This document shows, in pieces, positions 51,901 through 64,000 of a stretch of DNA of 64,000 nt (positions within the stretch are counted from its first letter, which is position 1; each line of letters starts with the position of its first letter). Location: positions 3,410,001-3,474,000 of the forward strand of contig JBLDXI010000054.1 of assembly GCA_047495785.1 (NCBI GenBank). Reading direction: 5' to 3'. The notes below the pieces were generated by a model. The model saw nothing but the letters and a program-made list of their open reading frames with translations, made no database searches and was not told the DNA's origin. The DNA comes from Lepidodermella squamata. Taxonomy: Eukaryota; Animalia; Gastrotricha. The position numbers and the translations under genes were made by a program.

Positions 51901-54900
51901 CACCAACATCACACAGCCGTCTTTTCACACCCTTTGCTCATCGCGTGGAGCAAATAGGGAAGCCGAGATATTTTTAATGCTATAATGATAATGTTATATC
52001 TTTTTGTCTCGGATCTTCTGGGAGTTTTCGCTATCACACGTTGCCAAGGCGGGCTTTATTAAGAGCAGACGAGATGATAATAAAAGATATAGCTAGTATA
52101 CCCATTTTGAGCACTCGAATAAGCGCTAATTGTAGCCCTGTTTCGCATATTATATTCTGGAACAAAAGGCGAGAAAATAGATCGTGAAGAAATACAGTAT
52201 ATACTAATAACGAGTAAGTTGTTAAAGCCGCGACCTAGTTTCGAAATGAAAAAAAATGACTAAAATTTGATTTGTATCACTTGATCGGAAAACTCATATC
52301 AACTATTGAATCTAGTTGTCTGTCATAATTTTCTCGCGAGAATGAAGTTTAATCGCGAAATAATGACCGACGCGCTAAAAATGTGCGCATCCCATTTACA
52401 GAGACGAAAAACTAATGCGTTGGTACCACTGACTCGAGCGCGATGATATATCGTTATTATAACAAACGCAGAAGCGAAATGCGAGCAACAAACAGCGCGC
52501 GAGAGAGAAGTGACGCGCTAATTTGGCCAAACCAGCTTAATATCGCATACATTTTTCTTGAAAAATATTTATAAGGGTTACGATGATAAATGTTGTATAT
52601 AATATGCATTTATCTCATCAGCACCATCATCGCCGTCAATTTTATATAACATTTCTGAAAATGCGAGAAAATGGCTTACTTATAAAAGCAGCTAAAAATG
52701 TTCCTTTTAAGGTAAATGACGAGACGCTATTTTCCTCATAAGTTAATGGTGTCAATAAAAATAAAAATATTACGCGCAAAAATTGTCTCATCACGATCAT
52801 CAGCTGTTATCAAGAGCGTCATCTATCGTTAGTCACTACACACGCTAAAAATTTGTGTTTGATGAGCTCTTCTTATTGCTATTATCGGACCTGGCAAGTC
52901 AAACTCCACTCCCACTGTTATATAACGGGGCCGAGAGGGCGCATAAGATAATATATTTTCGTTTTATATATAAGATATCAACGTGGACAGAAGAGTATAT
53001 AATCATAACTACCTTAAAGATACCTATATAACTCCCTACTATATAGCCGTAAATCCGGGCTAGTGAAGTTTGCCGATATGACAGCTGCTAGCTTTTCCGC
53101 CTTCAAAGTCTGTCAGCCGCCGCATTGCGTCAACGCAAGGGTTATGCCAATACACGTGCCTGTATCGGGCGGGCTACAAAGCGGCTGCCTAAGCGCACCG
53201 GAAAAGGGGTGACAAGAAGACGAAGAGCCTAATACAGTAATAAACTTATTTATGCGAGTCAAGATCATTTGTTTGTTACGTTTGAAGGAGCACAATCGCT
53301 GAGACGATACACCGGGGTAAGTTAGACGAGTTTTCAACGGCCACTTGAACGCGAACTAAAAACGCTAAAATCTGAACCCGAAATTGCGGTATGTGCGCAT
53401 CAATAAAAATATGCGCAACGTTGTTTGCCTGCTGTCATCGTTATTTTTTTCGGGTAACCAACGACCCGCCAGCCAGCCAGACGATGGCGCGCGCGCCAAG
53501 GTGATGACAACCCTCCAAAAGATGTGATTGCGAACAATGAAGATCCGGCGGAGAAAAAACTGCGCAACGTTTTTGTTTACCCCATGCGCGCGCGCGCTCG
53601 CACGTGTACATCGGTAGCCGCTCCCCCTTATAATAATGTTTGCATCTTTTTACCAATATGTATATATCGCGCACATACTCGGCGTCACGCAGTTTTGACT
53701 CGCAATAAAAGCGACCTAAAGCTGGCATAAGGAGCCACAAGACACGTATTTCATGGCTCATGTAGAAAATGTGGCACCGTGCTCGTGGCTCTTGCCCTCC
53801 TGCCCGTTAATGAATTGATGACCGGAGAAAAAAACATCATTCTCATAGACATTTCGGTTGGCATAATTGATCACGGGTTTTAGAAGTGAAAAGTGGCTCA
53901 CGCGCAGGTTCCGAGTGGCTTGATCCATATTGTTAGTAATACGCACCTGCGTTGTATTACGCCGTTCTCAAATATCGTTCCGCCATTGTTTTTGACCCGA
54001 GAAAAAATTCGATTTTTTTGTATAGCCCCATCGGCGCCAGCTCTCTCAATACACTCTCAAAATAGCCTAAGGTAATACAGATGGCCGCATGCTGGAAAAA
54101 GTGTCAATTGCAATTGAATTGTTCTCACAGCTTTGCGCGTCTGGGGAATTTCTCGTCGCCGTTTTCAATCGCCTTCATTGCATTATATCAGTCTGCACCA
54201 GAAATCGCTTTTTATCTTCCAGAATTTTTATTATTGTTATTTTAAGATCGTTGTTTTTCAAGTTTACACTATCACTATATTTTCGAGACACAGCAGATGA
54301 AGCGGGGAGAAAGAGATGTAGGGCACCGATCAATCATCAATTAATTAAAAGAGATGCAACAGAAAAATGTGTAAAAACAAAGCGGCAGTAGAATGATAAT
54401 AGTTTGAATATCAATACACAAGATTACAAGAAGTAGTAACAAAGAGTTTTGCTATATAACGGCGGTAGATCGTCAGAGACAGATAAAGGTGATCCGGAAC
54501 AAAGTCGCGCTATCGCTGGAGCGAGGTAAATCCGGCGGCTGATTCGGAAAAGCACGTTCAGAGTCACGGCGTATTTACCCGAGACACAAACATCAGGTGG
54601 AGCAACGCTGCGCATTCGTCATTACAGGAGAAGTATAAAGATCAAGATGATGCTAAATAACAACTCATCATTACGTTAAGTAGCAAATGATTAGCGAAGA
54701 GACTGAGCCGAAAACACAGCGAGACAATGCGGTGACACTCGAGCGAGACAGTCAAGTTTTTTTCCTCTTTCCGCATTACAAGATAAAATAAACGAAATGG
54801 GTAAATAATAACAAGAAATTATGCGCCTCGTATCATCAACACTAGAGTTGGGCCGGGGAAGTGGTTGTTTATCACTGCTGACAAGTTACACATAACTCGT

Positions 54901-55738
54901 GCCACCATCGTTGCTGTCGAACGTTGGAAGTAGATGAGATTGCACGTTCTTAGCCGTATCTGCGCCTCGTTTGCGCGTGCTGCGAGTTGGAAGGCTCTGC
55001 GTTTCGACAGGTTCAACGACAGTTTCATCGTTTTCTTCCGCTGAAATTTATTTTCAAAAATTAGAAAAATAATACATTGATGGAGCGCTACGAAGGGCAC
55101 TATTGTTGGGCGAAATCGAGTCAATTCAATCTCAAGCGAACCAATAAAAGTTGCAGCTATTTAACATTGAAAAGGATGAATTAAAATTTTGCAATTAGGA
55201 CTAAATATTTTTACATCTAATAAAAAAGTCTCAAGAGTTTGATTATGCATAACGAAGCTTTTTTCTGCATACTGGAGCACTTCAAAGTGAACACTAACTT
55301 TCAAGTAAGTATTCGAAATTTGGTAAATTTTGGGCACGGTAACATTAGTAAATGTTTCAACTGATTTGAAAAGGGAATTACTTATAGCGGAACCAAATCA
55401 ATTTCAGAAGCTAATAAAAATGAGAAATCGATCGAAATTACGATTCAATTTATCTCACTATCTAATATCATCAGTACTTAGGAAATTGGAAACCCAAATC
55501 CACATCCTAATTTTACAACTCAACTTTTGAAAACTCAAATGGTTCGGTGCCTAAGTATTCCACTTTGGATCCGCTACAGGTAATTTTAGTTTCGTAACAG
55601 GTAAATTCCACAAAAAGCTTGCGGGAATGCATACCGAAATCTAGGCCAAATTAAATATACCCGCTTTAAATTTCATTGGGAAGCTACATTTGAACCATCC
55701 CTACACAGTCGGGGCCTAGCTTCTTATTTGATTGAAAT

Positions 55739-58700
55739 TCAAATCATACGTTGATCAGCTGGTTGATTGCGTTGACGCCCTCGAGCGCGGGCTCGGGTGA
55801 TCGGAGCTGCTTTAGTGCCCGCCCTAGTTGTCACCACTGTTTCCTCTTCATTCGATTGGACAACCTCGGACTGAACCTTCGTCATCTGCGGCACCGATTC
55901 CGTTGAAACCTCCTCCTTCTTACCCCGACGGCGACGTTTATTCGAAGCATCAGCGACCTCCTCATGATGCTCTTGTTCAACTAATTCGGGCGGAATCGCA
56001 GCAGCTTGGATCTGGGCAGTGACCAACGCGTCCATTTCTGTGTCGGAAGGCTCAAGTTCGGGCTCGACCGGGGTGTCTTGCTTCCGCTTGCCGGTTCGCT
56101 TGTTGCCACCACCTCTACCCCGTGTAACGTTATTATTGCTACTACTCGGCGGCCGTTCGTTATCCTCGACAATTTTCGCAATTTGAGCTTCCTTCGTCGC
56201 CAAAACACTTTCAAGCCGTTCGACATTACCAGAGAGGCGTTGAACTTCGTGCTCCAGTTCGTTGATTCGAGCGTTCTTCTGGCTAATGACATCTCGCTTT
56301 TCGGACAATTCACGGGCCATTTTTGTGTATTGAGCGGTCTCACGCTTCTCCTCCTGCCGTTGCATGTCGACAACCTCCTGCAGGTCGCTGATCTTCTTCT
56401 TCAAATTCGAGCAATCCGCATTAACTTGAGCCAATTCGTTGGATAACGAGTGATTCTCCGCAGATTTGTGCTTCAACGCGTCTTGAAGTTCAGCCAATTT
56501 GTTTGAAGCTGTCGTCAAACGGTTGTTCAAAGTTTCCATTTCCTCCCTCAGTTCAGCCGCCTCCTGCTGCTTTTCATCAGCCAATCGAAGAGATCGCTCC
56601 TCCTTATCACGGGCAGCATCTCTGTCCTTTCGAAGAACGGAAATTTCAGAATCTTTATCGCGAAGATCGGCCTCGAGACCGCGGATTCGGCCGTTGAGCG
56701 CCTCCTCCATAGCATCACGATGTTCGTTCAAATTACGAATCCTGTCTTCTAAGGCACTGACTTGCTGAGATTTCGAATTTTCGAGTAACAGCCGCAGTTG
56801 GCTGATCACTTTCTGACTCTTATGAACGCGCTCAGTCATCACAACCAGTTGTCGTTCGACACTGCTCAACGCTTGGTAATGCGATCGAACGGTTTTGTCC
56901 ATCGCACTAGTGACTTGAGATTTAAACGTTGAATATTGCCCGATCAGTTCAGTTTCTTTCATCAGCAATTCCGTATTTTCAGCTCGCTGCTTTGCCAAAA
57001 TGTCCTCAAGCTCCGCAACCTTGGTCGCATGCTCCTCCGTCAAATCCTTGATTTGCAGCCTCTGGTTGCCGATTGTCTTTTCAGCATCATCGAGGCGCAT
57101 TTCCAGCTTGGATATTATTAGCATTTTCGCGTCTAGCAACGCTTTCGCATCGTCTTCACAATGCCTGGCCAACATGGAACGTTCGTCGTCGAATTCAGCC
57201 CTGCAGCGTTCAATTTCTTGGCGAGCGTCGATCAATTCAGCCTCGACAGCTGTGAAGCGATTCGATAATTGATCGTAGTCGGCGTTTTTCGCCCGAATAG
57301 CTGCTTCAAGTTCGCTGATTTTCGAGCTGATGCGATCGACTTCCGCCTGTTTCAATGTGTTGAGATCAGCCATTTCCGCCTCGAACTTCTGCTCCATTTC
57401 ATGCTTTTTCGTTTTCAGGTCTTCGAAATTTGCGGTCAATTCGGAAATTTGCTCAGTTTGCTTTGTTGAAGCGTTTCGAAGTTCATTAAGCTGCGATTCG
57501 AGGGCCAATGCTTCTGACGATTTTTCTGCCAAATCCGAGACAGCTTTCTCGTACATCGCCTCGAAATCTTTGAGACGAGCAGCTGAGCCCTCCAAATCAA
57601 GGATTCTTTGTTGAAGAGAATGGATTTCAGCTGACTTGAGGCTGACTTCTTCAACAGATTTTTCATATGTAGCTTGGAGATCCTTCAGCTCAGAGGCGAG
57701 AGAAGCCTCATCCGAGCTCATGCGGTGCTTCAATTCATTCACGGATGATTCGAGACGGCAAATCATCTCCTGCAGCGAATCTACTTCCGACTGCTTTTGG
57801 GACAATAACTGTTTAGCCGACTTCAAATCATCCTCAAGTCTTGAAGCAGCCTCGAGGTGCTTTCTAGAAATCGCTTCCTTCTCAGATTCATGCGCTCGTT
57901 GCATCTCCTCAATGCGATTTTCGAGCTTGGAGATATCACTGAGCTTACGCTCAATGTCACTTTCAAGCTCCTTGATCTTAGCCTGCTGCGAATTTGATAA
58001 TTCCTCCAAGCTTCGCGCTTTGTTTTGAGCTGTTTCAAGCTCAACATTTGCCTCATCAACGTCAAATTGAAGTTCTTCGAGCCGAACGGTGGTGTTGCCT
58101 TTTTCCAGACGAGCTCGCGCTTCGTCTATCAAATCTTGGCGCTCCTTTTCCACCTCGGCTAGCTTCTTCTGGGCAGCCTTAAGCTGGGTTCTCAGAGTTT
58201 CAAGCTCTTGGACCTTTCCGGCGCATTCAATCCGAATAGCTTTCAGTTCACTGTCCTTCAACGTGATTTCTGCATTCATTGCTTCAATTTGATCGTTCAG
58301 CGCCTGTAGTTCAACGTCTTTACCAGCTTTACTGCTGTCCAATTCTTCATAAACTACTTGAAGATCGTTTTGCAGCTCGCTGATTCGTTCCTTCAATCTC
58401 GCGATTTCTTCGATTCGACGAGCAAGTTCCTCCGAAACCATGTGTTCGTTTTTCTTCGCCAAATCAAAAGCAGCCTGCAATTCGAGATTTTGACACCGCA
58501 ACGTTTCGGCTTCAGAAGCGTTTTGCTGGCATAGTTGCTTCTCAAACTCTAAATCGGCCCGCATCTTCAACAAAACTTCATCTTGGCGACGGAATTTTTC
58601 AATACTAGGCATTTCATCCAATTGCCGCTGTAGCGCCTCCTTCTGCTCTTCCAATTCATGCAGAGACTGCTTCAGCATCTGAATTTGCTCCAAACGACGG

Positions 58701-61700
58701 GCTAATTCAGAGGGCATGGTTGGCATAGCCTCATCCAAAGACATGTCCTCAGGATTTGTAGGGTGAAGAACCGGGGTTTTGAGGTGGACGGCATTGTGAC
58801 GTTCTTTGATCACATTCGCCTGGTGCATGCGCATTCGCAAAATGCTTGCCTTAGTATGCGTCGAAAATTTGTTGATAGGCATAGGAGAAGGCGAGGCGTT
58901 GTTGCGTTCTTTTCGCTCGGAAACCACCGCTTGAGGGAACGGGGCGTGCGGGGGCGTCTCCAGTCGGCTCCTCTTCACCTCGTTATCATCATCATCTGAT
59001 TCGTCCTCCTCAACAATTTTACGCTTATCCGCGACTTTGTCTTGAGAAGTTGGTTTTGAGGTGGAATCATCGTCGGTCCACAGCGAGGTCTTCTGCTGCC
59101 AGCTGAGGCTAGGCCCGGCGAGGCCGAGAGCGGCGATAAGGCCCGATGAACTGGTAGCCAAAGCTGGTTTCTTAACCTGAGTTCTCACGTATGAATCAGA
59201 ACGGGAAACTGTAAGAGGCAGGCCGTCGGTATCAATGCACTGATCGACAGATGGCCGCGACGCCTTTAGCTCGGTGATTTCTTCCATAGCCTCCTTGAAC
59301 TTTTCCTTCATCATTTCGTAATGACCGCGTTGACGTTTCGCGTCCAACTCAGCGGCCTCTTTCGCTGCTTTCAGCGCAGCATTTTCTTCGTGCAGTTGTT
59401 TACATTCACCGCAAACGCCGCGAAGAAGGCGTACCAGCTCGGCTTTAGACATGTTTGAGCCCTCGCAGCCCTCTTCATCTTCCTCTTCTTCGCTACCAGT
59501 TTCTTCCGATTCTTCGCCCGAACCTTCTTCTTCATCATCGTCTTCATCGTAGTCGTTAGCGTCGTTGATGCCCTCCATGACGACCAACTGAGCATCGAGT
59601 GCGTCGCCCATTTCCTCTTGAATTTTGACGAGTTCTTCAGTTATAGGCGTGCCTTCGGAGACGGCGCCTTTTTTCGTTACCGTCGCTGTCAAAGCTCCGC
59701 GACCCCTCGGAGCTTGAGAAAGTCGTCTAGCCGCCTGCGGAAGGGAAAAACGAAAATTAAAATACTTCGTTAATTAGGTACACCTATATGACGCAAACAT
59801 CGAAATAATCAATTTTTATTTGTGGATGCCAGAACATTACTAAAATTAACGCCAAATGTGAAAAGCCGAACAGTTATTAACACTGCGTTTTCATTAGCCA
59901 ATCCCGCCTCCAGTCTAAGACAAATATGAACCTAGTACGCATGTTGGAGGCCGTGACATTTGATACAGTCCACCGTCGTACTTTTAAATCTCAATTCTTA
60001 AAGCATTTTTGTAGCATAGTATGTTTTCAACATTGACAGCAATGAAATCGGTTTGCAATTTCTTTCAACTGTTGATATTTCTGAATTTTTCACTCCTTAT
60101 TCATGGAAAACGCCAGACCTTGGAAATACTCGCTCTTGTGCCCCAAACTGGGACAGGACCGAATGCTACAATTGGTCAGACTTGCCTTGCAGCAATGCAA
60201 TTAGTCGTCAATACAGTTAATAACAGGATCGACATTCTGCCCGACTACACCATCAAATTGAACGGCGTGAATGAAGGCTCTGGTGCTGCCCTAGCTCCTC
60301 GTGAACTTGTCAGATTTATCGACAGATTTCATCAGAATGAACGCTCATCAATTGCGCCAATAGTTATCGGCCCGACTCTTCAGTGCCAGATAATTACTGG
60401 AGTTATCCGAGCTCATAATTTGATGGAGATAAGCCAAGGATGTGCAGGAAAACTTCTCGTCGATCGTAAGCGCTATCCGAATTTGTACAGAACTTCCATT
60501 CCTGCCGACGCAGTCAAAGTGGCTCGGCTGATTTTCGCCAAAAAGATCGGCTTTTGGAAACAAATCGCCCTGCTGACTAATGCCGCGAATCCCAATACTA
60601 ACTCTGGACTTCGGGCTCTATACGAACTAAGCCTAGCAAACAACATTGAGGTGGTATGGTTTGGAAGTGTGCCGGATATAGACGGAAATGCAATCGAATC
60701 TCTGAAGCAAAGCGACGCAAGAATCATTATCATTGAAATGACTGACTCGCAGTTGATCTTAAAATTTATTTGCCTGACTTATTTCAGTGGGATAACTGGT
60801 TCGCGCTATGTTTTCATCTTTCTGACACAAAATTTCAACGATCCTTACTCAGCCCAATTTACAACGCTGCTACCAAACGATTGTTCTCGCGACGTTGTAA
60901 TTGAACAGTTTAAAATTACGTTTTGGGCTGGACCGGCAAAAACTGCTTTTGAAAATAATGGTATCACGTCCCTGGGATTTAGCCTAGACGAATATGAGCG
61001 TTACATTCAGATGGCAACGAATAACATTCAGCTTCAAGATTTTGAATTCCGGCATAATTGCTACGATGTAGCTCAACAGGCTATTCTTACACTCGATAAA
61101 GCCGATAAAGTATTGTCAAAACGTTACAATCTAACCGTAGGTTTACTAAATTCAGAAACCTTGCCAGATGTGATCAAGGAGGTTATGAAAGATAGTAACT
61201 ACGTTGGCTTACGTGCAGGAAGCATAAGGTATTCTGAAAGATTAGAGTTTGACTTTGAACCAATTTATTTAACTCAATGGAACGATAGCGCTCGATCGAT
61301 CAGACTGGTAGCAAAAGTCGAATTTATTGGGAGCGGAATAGCTCAACTGACCAATTTGTCCCTCAATAACTTGACTTTTCTCAATAAGCCGCTTTGGGCG
61401 ACGAAATCAAAGTTGCCACCCAAGGATTTGTCGAAAATCGTAAGAATTTTCAACTCCTTCCCAGATGCTGGCTTGATCCCAATTTTTACAACATTGGCCA
61501 TTATCAAAATCGCTATTCATTCGTTCTTAATCATAAGGGGATGGGGAAAAGAAAAAAATCAAAGGTCAAAAATCAAAGAAATCCATTTCATTTTCGCATC
61601 AGTTCTGCTCGGCATCGCCTCGCCTCTTTTAGTCACAGATCCAGAGGTCATTGGAATTGAAGGCTGCCATGCGATTCAAATTTTGATCACTAGCGGACTG

Positions 61701-64000
61701 TCTCTAATTCACGCAATCCTACTCACCGATTATATTAGCCTCAGTAGTCATGTTTCTAAGCAGATACGCCCGGTCAGTTCGATGGCAAAGCAAACCAAGG
61801 CGGTATGGCCAAAAACAGCGAACGTAATTACAATCGTCACTTTTCCAACATCATCATGGAAAGGAATTCATTTGACTCTCACATTTCTACTGGTTAACTT
61901 GATAGCCCTGATCGTGAGATTCGCAGTGTTTGACAGACTTTCTGTAATTGAATCTAAGGAGCCAGTCAAATATGACGAAGTTATTGACAGCTACGTGCAA
62001 GTGACAACTTATTATTGCGGATCAAGTCAGCAGGTTAATTGGCTCGGTGGACTAGCCATTCTCCACGCGCTCAGCTTAGTAATCAGCGTGAGTATCGCGT
62101 TTCAAACAAGACAGCTCAGACTGGCGGAAGAATCGCGGAGTCACTTCGTTTCATTGCGATTGGCAACTTACAATGCGACTATTTTGTTCATAGCTTTTGT
62201 AGCAATTCTTTTCATGATTCAACAAACCAGCGTTTTCGTCAAGTCATTGACAATTTCAGTTCAGGTCATACTGTATTCATTGACTTCAGGAATTTTATAT
62301 TTTTACTGGAAACTGAAGACTATTGATGCCCAACTTCAAGCTTAAGTAATTCTAGTAAACATTGAAAAGAAATAAAACGCATACCTTGGCGACTGCGATA
62401 GTCTGTTGCTTTTGTTTTGCTTTCTGAAATTTTTCGATAACAGCAGGCTCGAGTTTTCGATAGACGACGACTTCCGAAGCGAACGCCGCGTAACGTAGGA
62501 CTTGGAGGTTTTGTTCCAATAACTCGACAGTGGGAACTATGGCAGAGATCATAGCCACACGAGCCCTGCCGCCGACTAGAAACGCCTTTAGGAGATAAGT
62601 CAAACGGCAGGATCGGTAAGGAACCGGCTCTTCTGTCGGCTTCTTCTTGGCAACTAACGCCGCGGCACCGGCAGTTGGATTTATCTTGGATTGGAGCTTC
62701 CGACTGGCAAGCTGATTATTATGCATGCCAGTTAGACACTGGCCAAGAATCAGAAGATCGGTATTGATGCTGCCCGCCTCGCGCAATCGGTCGTTTTGAT
62801 GTCCCTGTGGCGGTTGCCTTTCACTACCAGCCAAATCACAAATAGCCATTACGGACGATTTTTCCACCTCCAGAGTTTGTACGCCCTGCTCTTCAGTGTA
62901 CGATGACATGCCTCCTGTTGTTTCGAGAACGGCTGATGCTTCACTCAAGTCGCAACGAATCGTCCAATATGCGAGGCGAATGAAACAGATAACGTGGGAT
63001 CGAGATGAATTCATGTTGAAAAATGTTGACGCAAAGGTCATATTCCGCTGGGCAAATGCAACAAGCTCAAGTGCCTCTTGCGCACTCGACACTTGGACCC
63101 ATTTCAATTCCTTGACGTATGTGTTATGCGATACATCCTCGCCCACTTGAAGGGCCTCTCGTGGCTCCAATTGTTGCTTTGCTTTTCCGATCAGCTTGGG
63201 TTGTGGCCGTTGAGGCACTCTAGAACTTCTAAATGGAGCGACGGATGAAATGAAATAATTTAGCTGATGCAGAACACTCACTTCGAGAATGGCTGCATGT
63301 TTTCTGATGATTGCATTGAAGTTCCCAAAAGATCGTAGACGTTGTTGTTGTAAATTTCAACAAAGCCCATAAACACTGAACACTGTCGACCCGACTGCTG
63401 CAAAATTTCTGTAAAATTGCTGATTTAACGGGGACATGAAGGCGACTCAAAAATCTCACCGGGAAAGAAACATGAAGTTGAAGGGTCTTGCTCAAAGTGG
63501 ACATTCTTTCCTTCTGCGTGTATCTTAGCGAATAAATTGTTCTTCTCCGCTAGTGCAGCTTCTGCTTGACGGCTGGAAAGAATATTATATTCGTTGAATC
63601 GCACAGGTTGCAGCCTGTGTTGTTCGACAACGTTTAGTTGACAAAATATGGTCTGTACGCAGCGTGGAAGAACACCCGGATTATCGTGTGTGCCTGCAAC
63701 GATAAGTAATTTAATAATTGATTATTTGTCAGGTGAATTAATAACCTTCAATCGTGAATGTCTTTCCAGAGCTTGTACATCCATATGCAAATATGAGAGC
63801 GTTGTCGCCGCCGATAAAATTAAATACCAGCGGTCTTGCGGCGCCGAAAAATACTTCTTGTTGGCTAGCTTTGCAAGAAAATATGTGGGAAAACTTCAGT
63901 TCGTGTTCGGCCGTAGCGCCAGCATTTGTTGCAGACACGTATAGACGTTGCCCGGCATCAATGCGGTATGTTTTGTCCTGCAAAAAAATAGCTCAAAAAT
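55739..64000 (-). CDS. Kinesin-6 family motor (KIF20A/B-like) with a very long coiled-coil tail; 5' end outside the window
   Basis: LIFAYGCTSSGKTFTIEG (P-loop), a kinesin-6 loop-6 insertion, FVEIYNN, NMNSSRSH, ICDLAGSER, RLREAGSIN and VPYRSCRLT. The donor at 62384 splices in phase 0 to the acceptor at 59735, joining the 1317-aa coiled-coil ORF. Confidence 0.9.
60021..62345 (+). CDS. Intronless class C GPCR, GABA-B-receptor-like (signal peptide + Venus flytrap + 7TM), nested in the kinesin intron
   Basis: CLAAMQLVVNTVNNRIDILPDY, LVDRKRYPNLYRT and LKQSDARIII (ANF/VFT ligand-binding fold), with no cysteine-rich linker. Seven hydrophobic segments include GABA-B-type AFQTR and ATYN motifs. The C-tail is very short. 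Confidence 0.85.
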   Translation: MFSTLTAMKSVCNFFQLLIFLNFSLLIHGKRQTLEILALVPQTGTGPNATIGQTCLAAMQLVVNTVNNRIDILPDYTIKLNGVNEGSGAALAPRELVRFIDRFHQNERSSIAPIVIGPTLQCQIITGVIRAHNLMEISQGCAGKLLVDRKRYPNLYRTSIPADAVKVARLIFAKKIGFWKQIALLTNAANPNTNSGLRALYELSLANNIEVVWFGSVPDIDGNAIESLKQSDARIIIIEMTDSQLILKFICLTYFSGITGSRYVFIFLTQNFNDPYSAQFTTLLPNDCSRDVVIEQFKITFWAGPAKTAFENNGITSLGFSLDEYERYIQMATNNIQLQDFEFRHNCYDVAQQAILTLDKADKVLSKRYNLTVGLLNSETLPDVIKEVMKDSNYVGLRAGSIRYSERLEFDFEPIYLTQWNDSARSIRLVAKVEFIGSGIAQLTNLSLNNLTFLNKPLWATKSKLPPKDLSKIVRIFNSFPDAGLIPIFTTLAIIKIAIHSFLIIRGWGKEKNQRSKIKEIHFIFASVLLGIASPLLVTDPEVIGIEGCHAIQILITSGLSLIHAILLTDYISLSSHVSKQIRPVSSMAKQTKAVWPKTANVITIVTFPTSSWKGIHLTLTFLLVNLIALIVRFAVFDRLSVIESKEPVKYDEVIDSYVQVTTYYCGSSQQVNWLGGLAILHALSLVISVSIAFQTRQLRLAEESRSHFVSLRLATYNATILFIAFVAILFMIQQTSVFVKSLTISVQVILYSLTSGILYFYWKLKTIDAQLQA

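Noticed and set aside
49000-55700. Many small ORFs and short trinucleotide runs
   Set aside because: No coding signature I can support. Likely the GRIP upstream regulatory region; undetected small exons cannot be excluded.
55828-59000. Plus-strand Ser-rich ORFs
   Set aside because: Antisense shadows of the Glu/Lys/Leu-rich kinesin coiled coil.

Overview
Compact, intron-rich animal genomic DNA, not prokaryotic. Most introns are ~45-60 bp GT-AG, so the ORF track fragments most genes and misses some. I can support 18 protein-coding genes: Artemis (DCLRE1C), HDHD5, TDG (absent from the ORF track), a SEA-domain transmembrane mucin, a tight minus-strand run RGP1-CISD3-RRM/periphilin-like-TIMMDC1-RUVBL1, POLR3A, a short HCF, a double-CUB GPI-type protein, UROC1, PDCD10 (absent from the ORF track), ARL6, a GRIP-like multi-PDZ protein, a kinesin-6 (KIF20-like, 5' end outside the window), and an intronless GABA-B-like class C GPCR nested antisense in the kinesin intron. 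Non-coding features include a box C/D scaRNA-like RNA in UROC1 intron 1, a ~546 bp foldback element with a 9-bp target-site duplication, and a decayed CR1/L2-like LINE. The scaRNA-like RNA carries one guide to U4 snRNA and a second to the U6 ACAGAGA box. The most interesting signals are this dual U4/U6 guide RNA, the RRM-periphilin protein (HUSH-related), possible trans-spliced operons, and the nested orphan GPCR. All homology calls come from remembered motifs, not database searches, and splice sites were inferred by eye.
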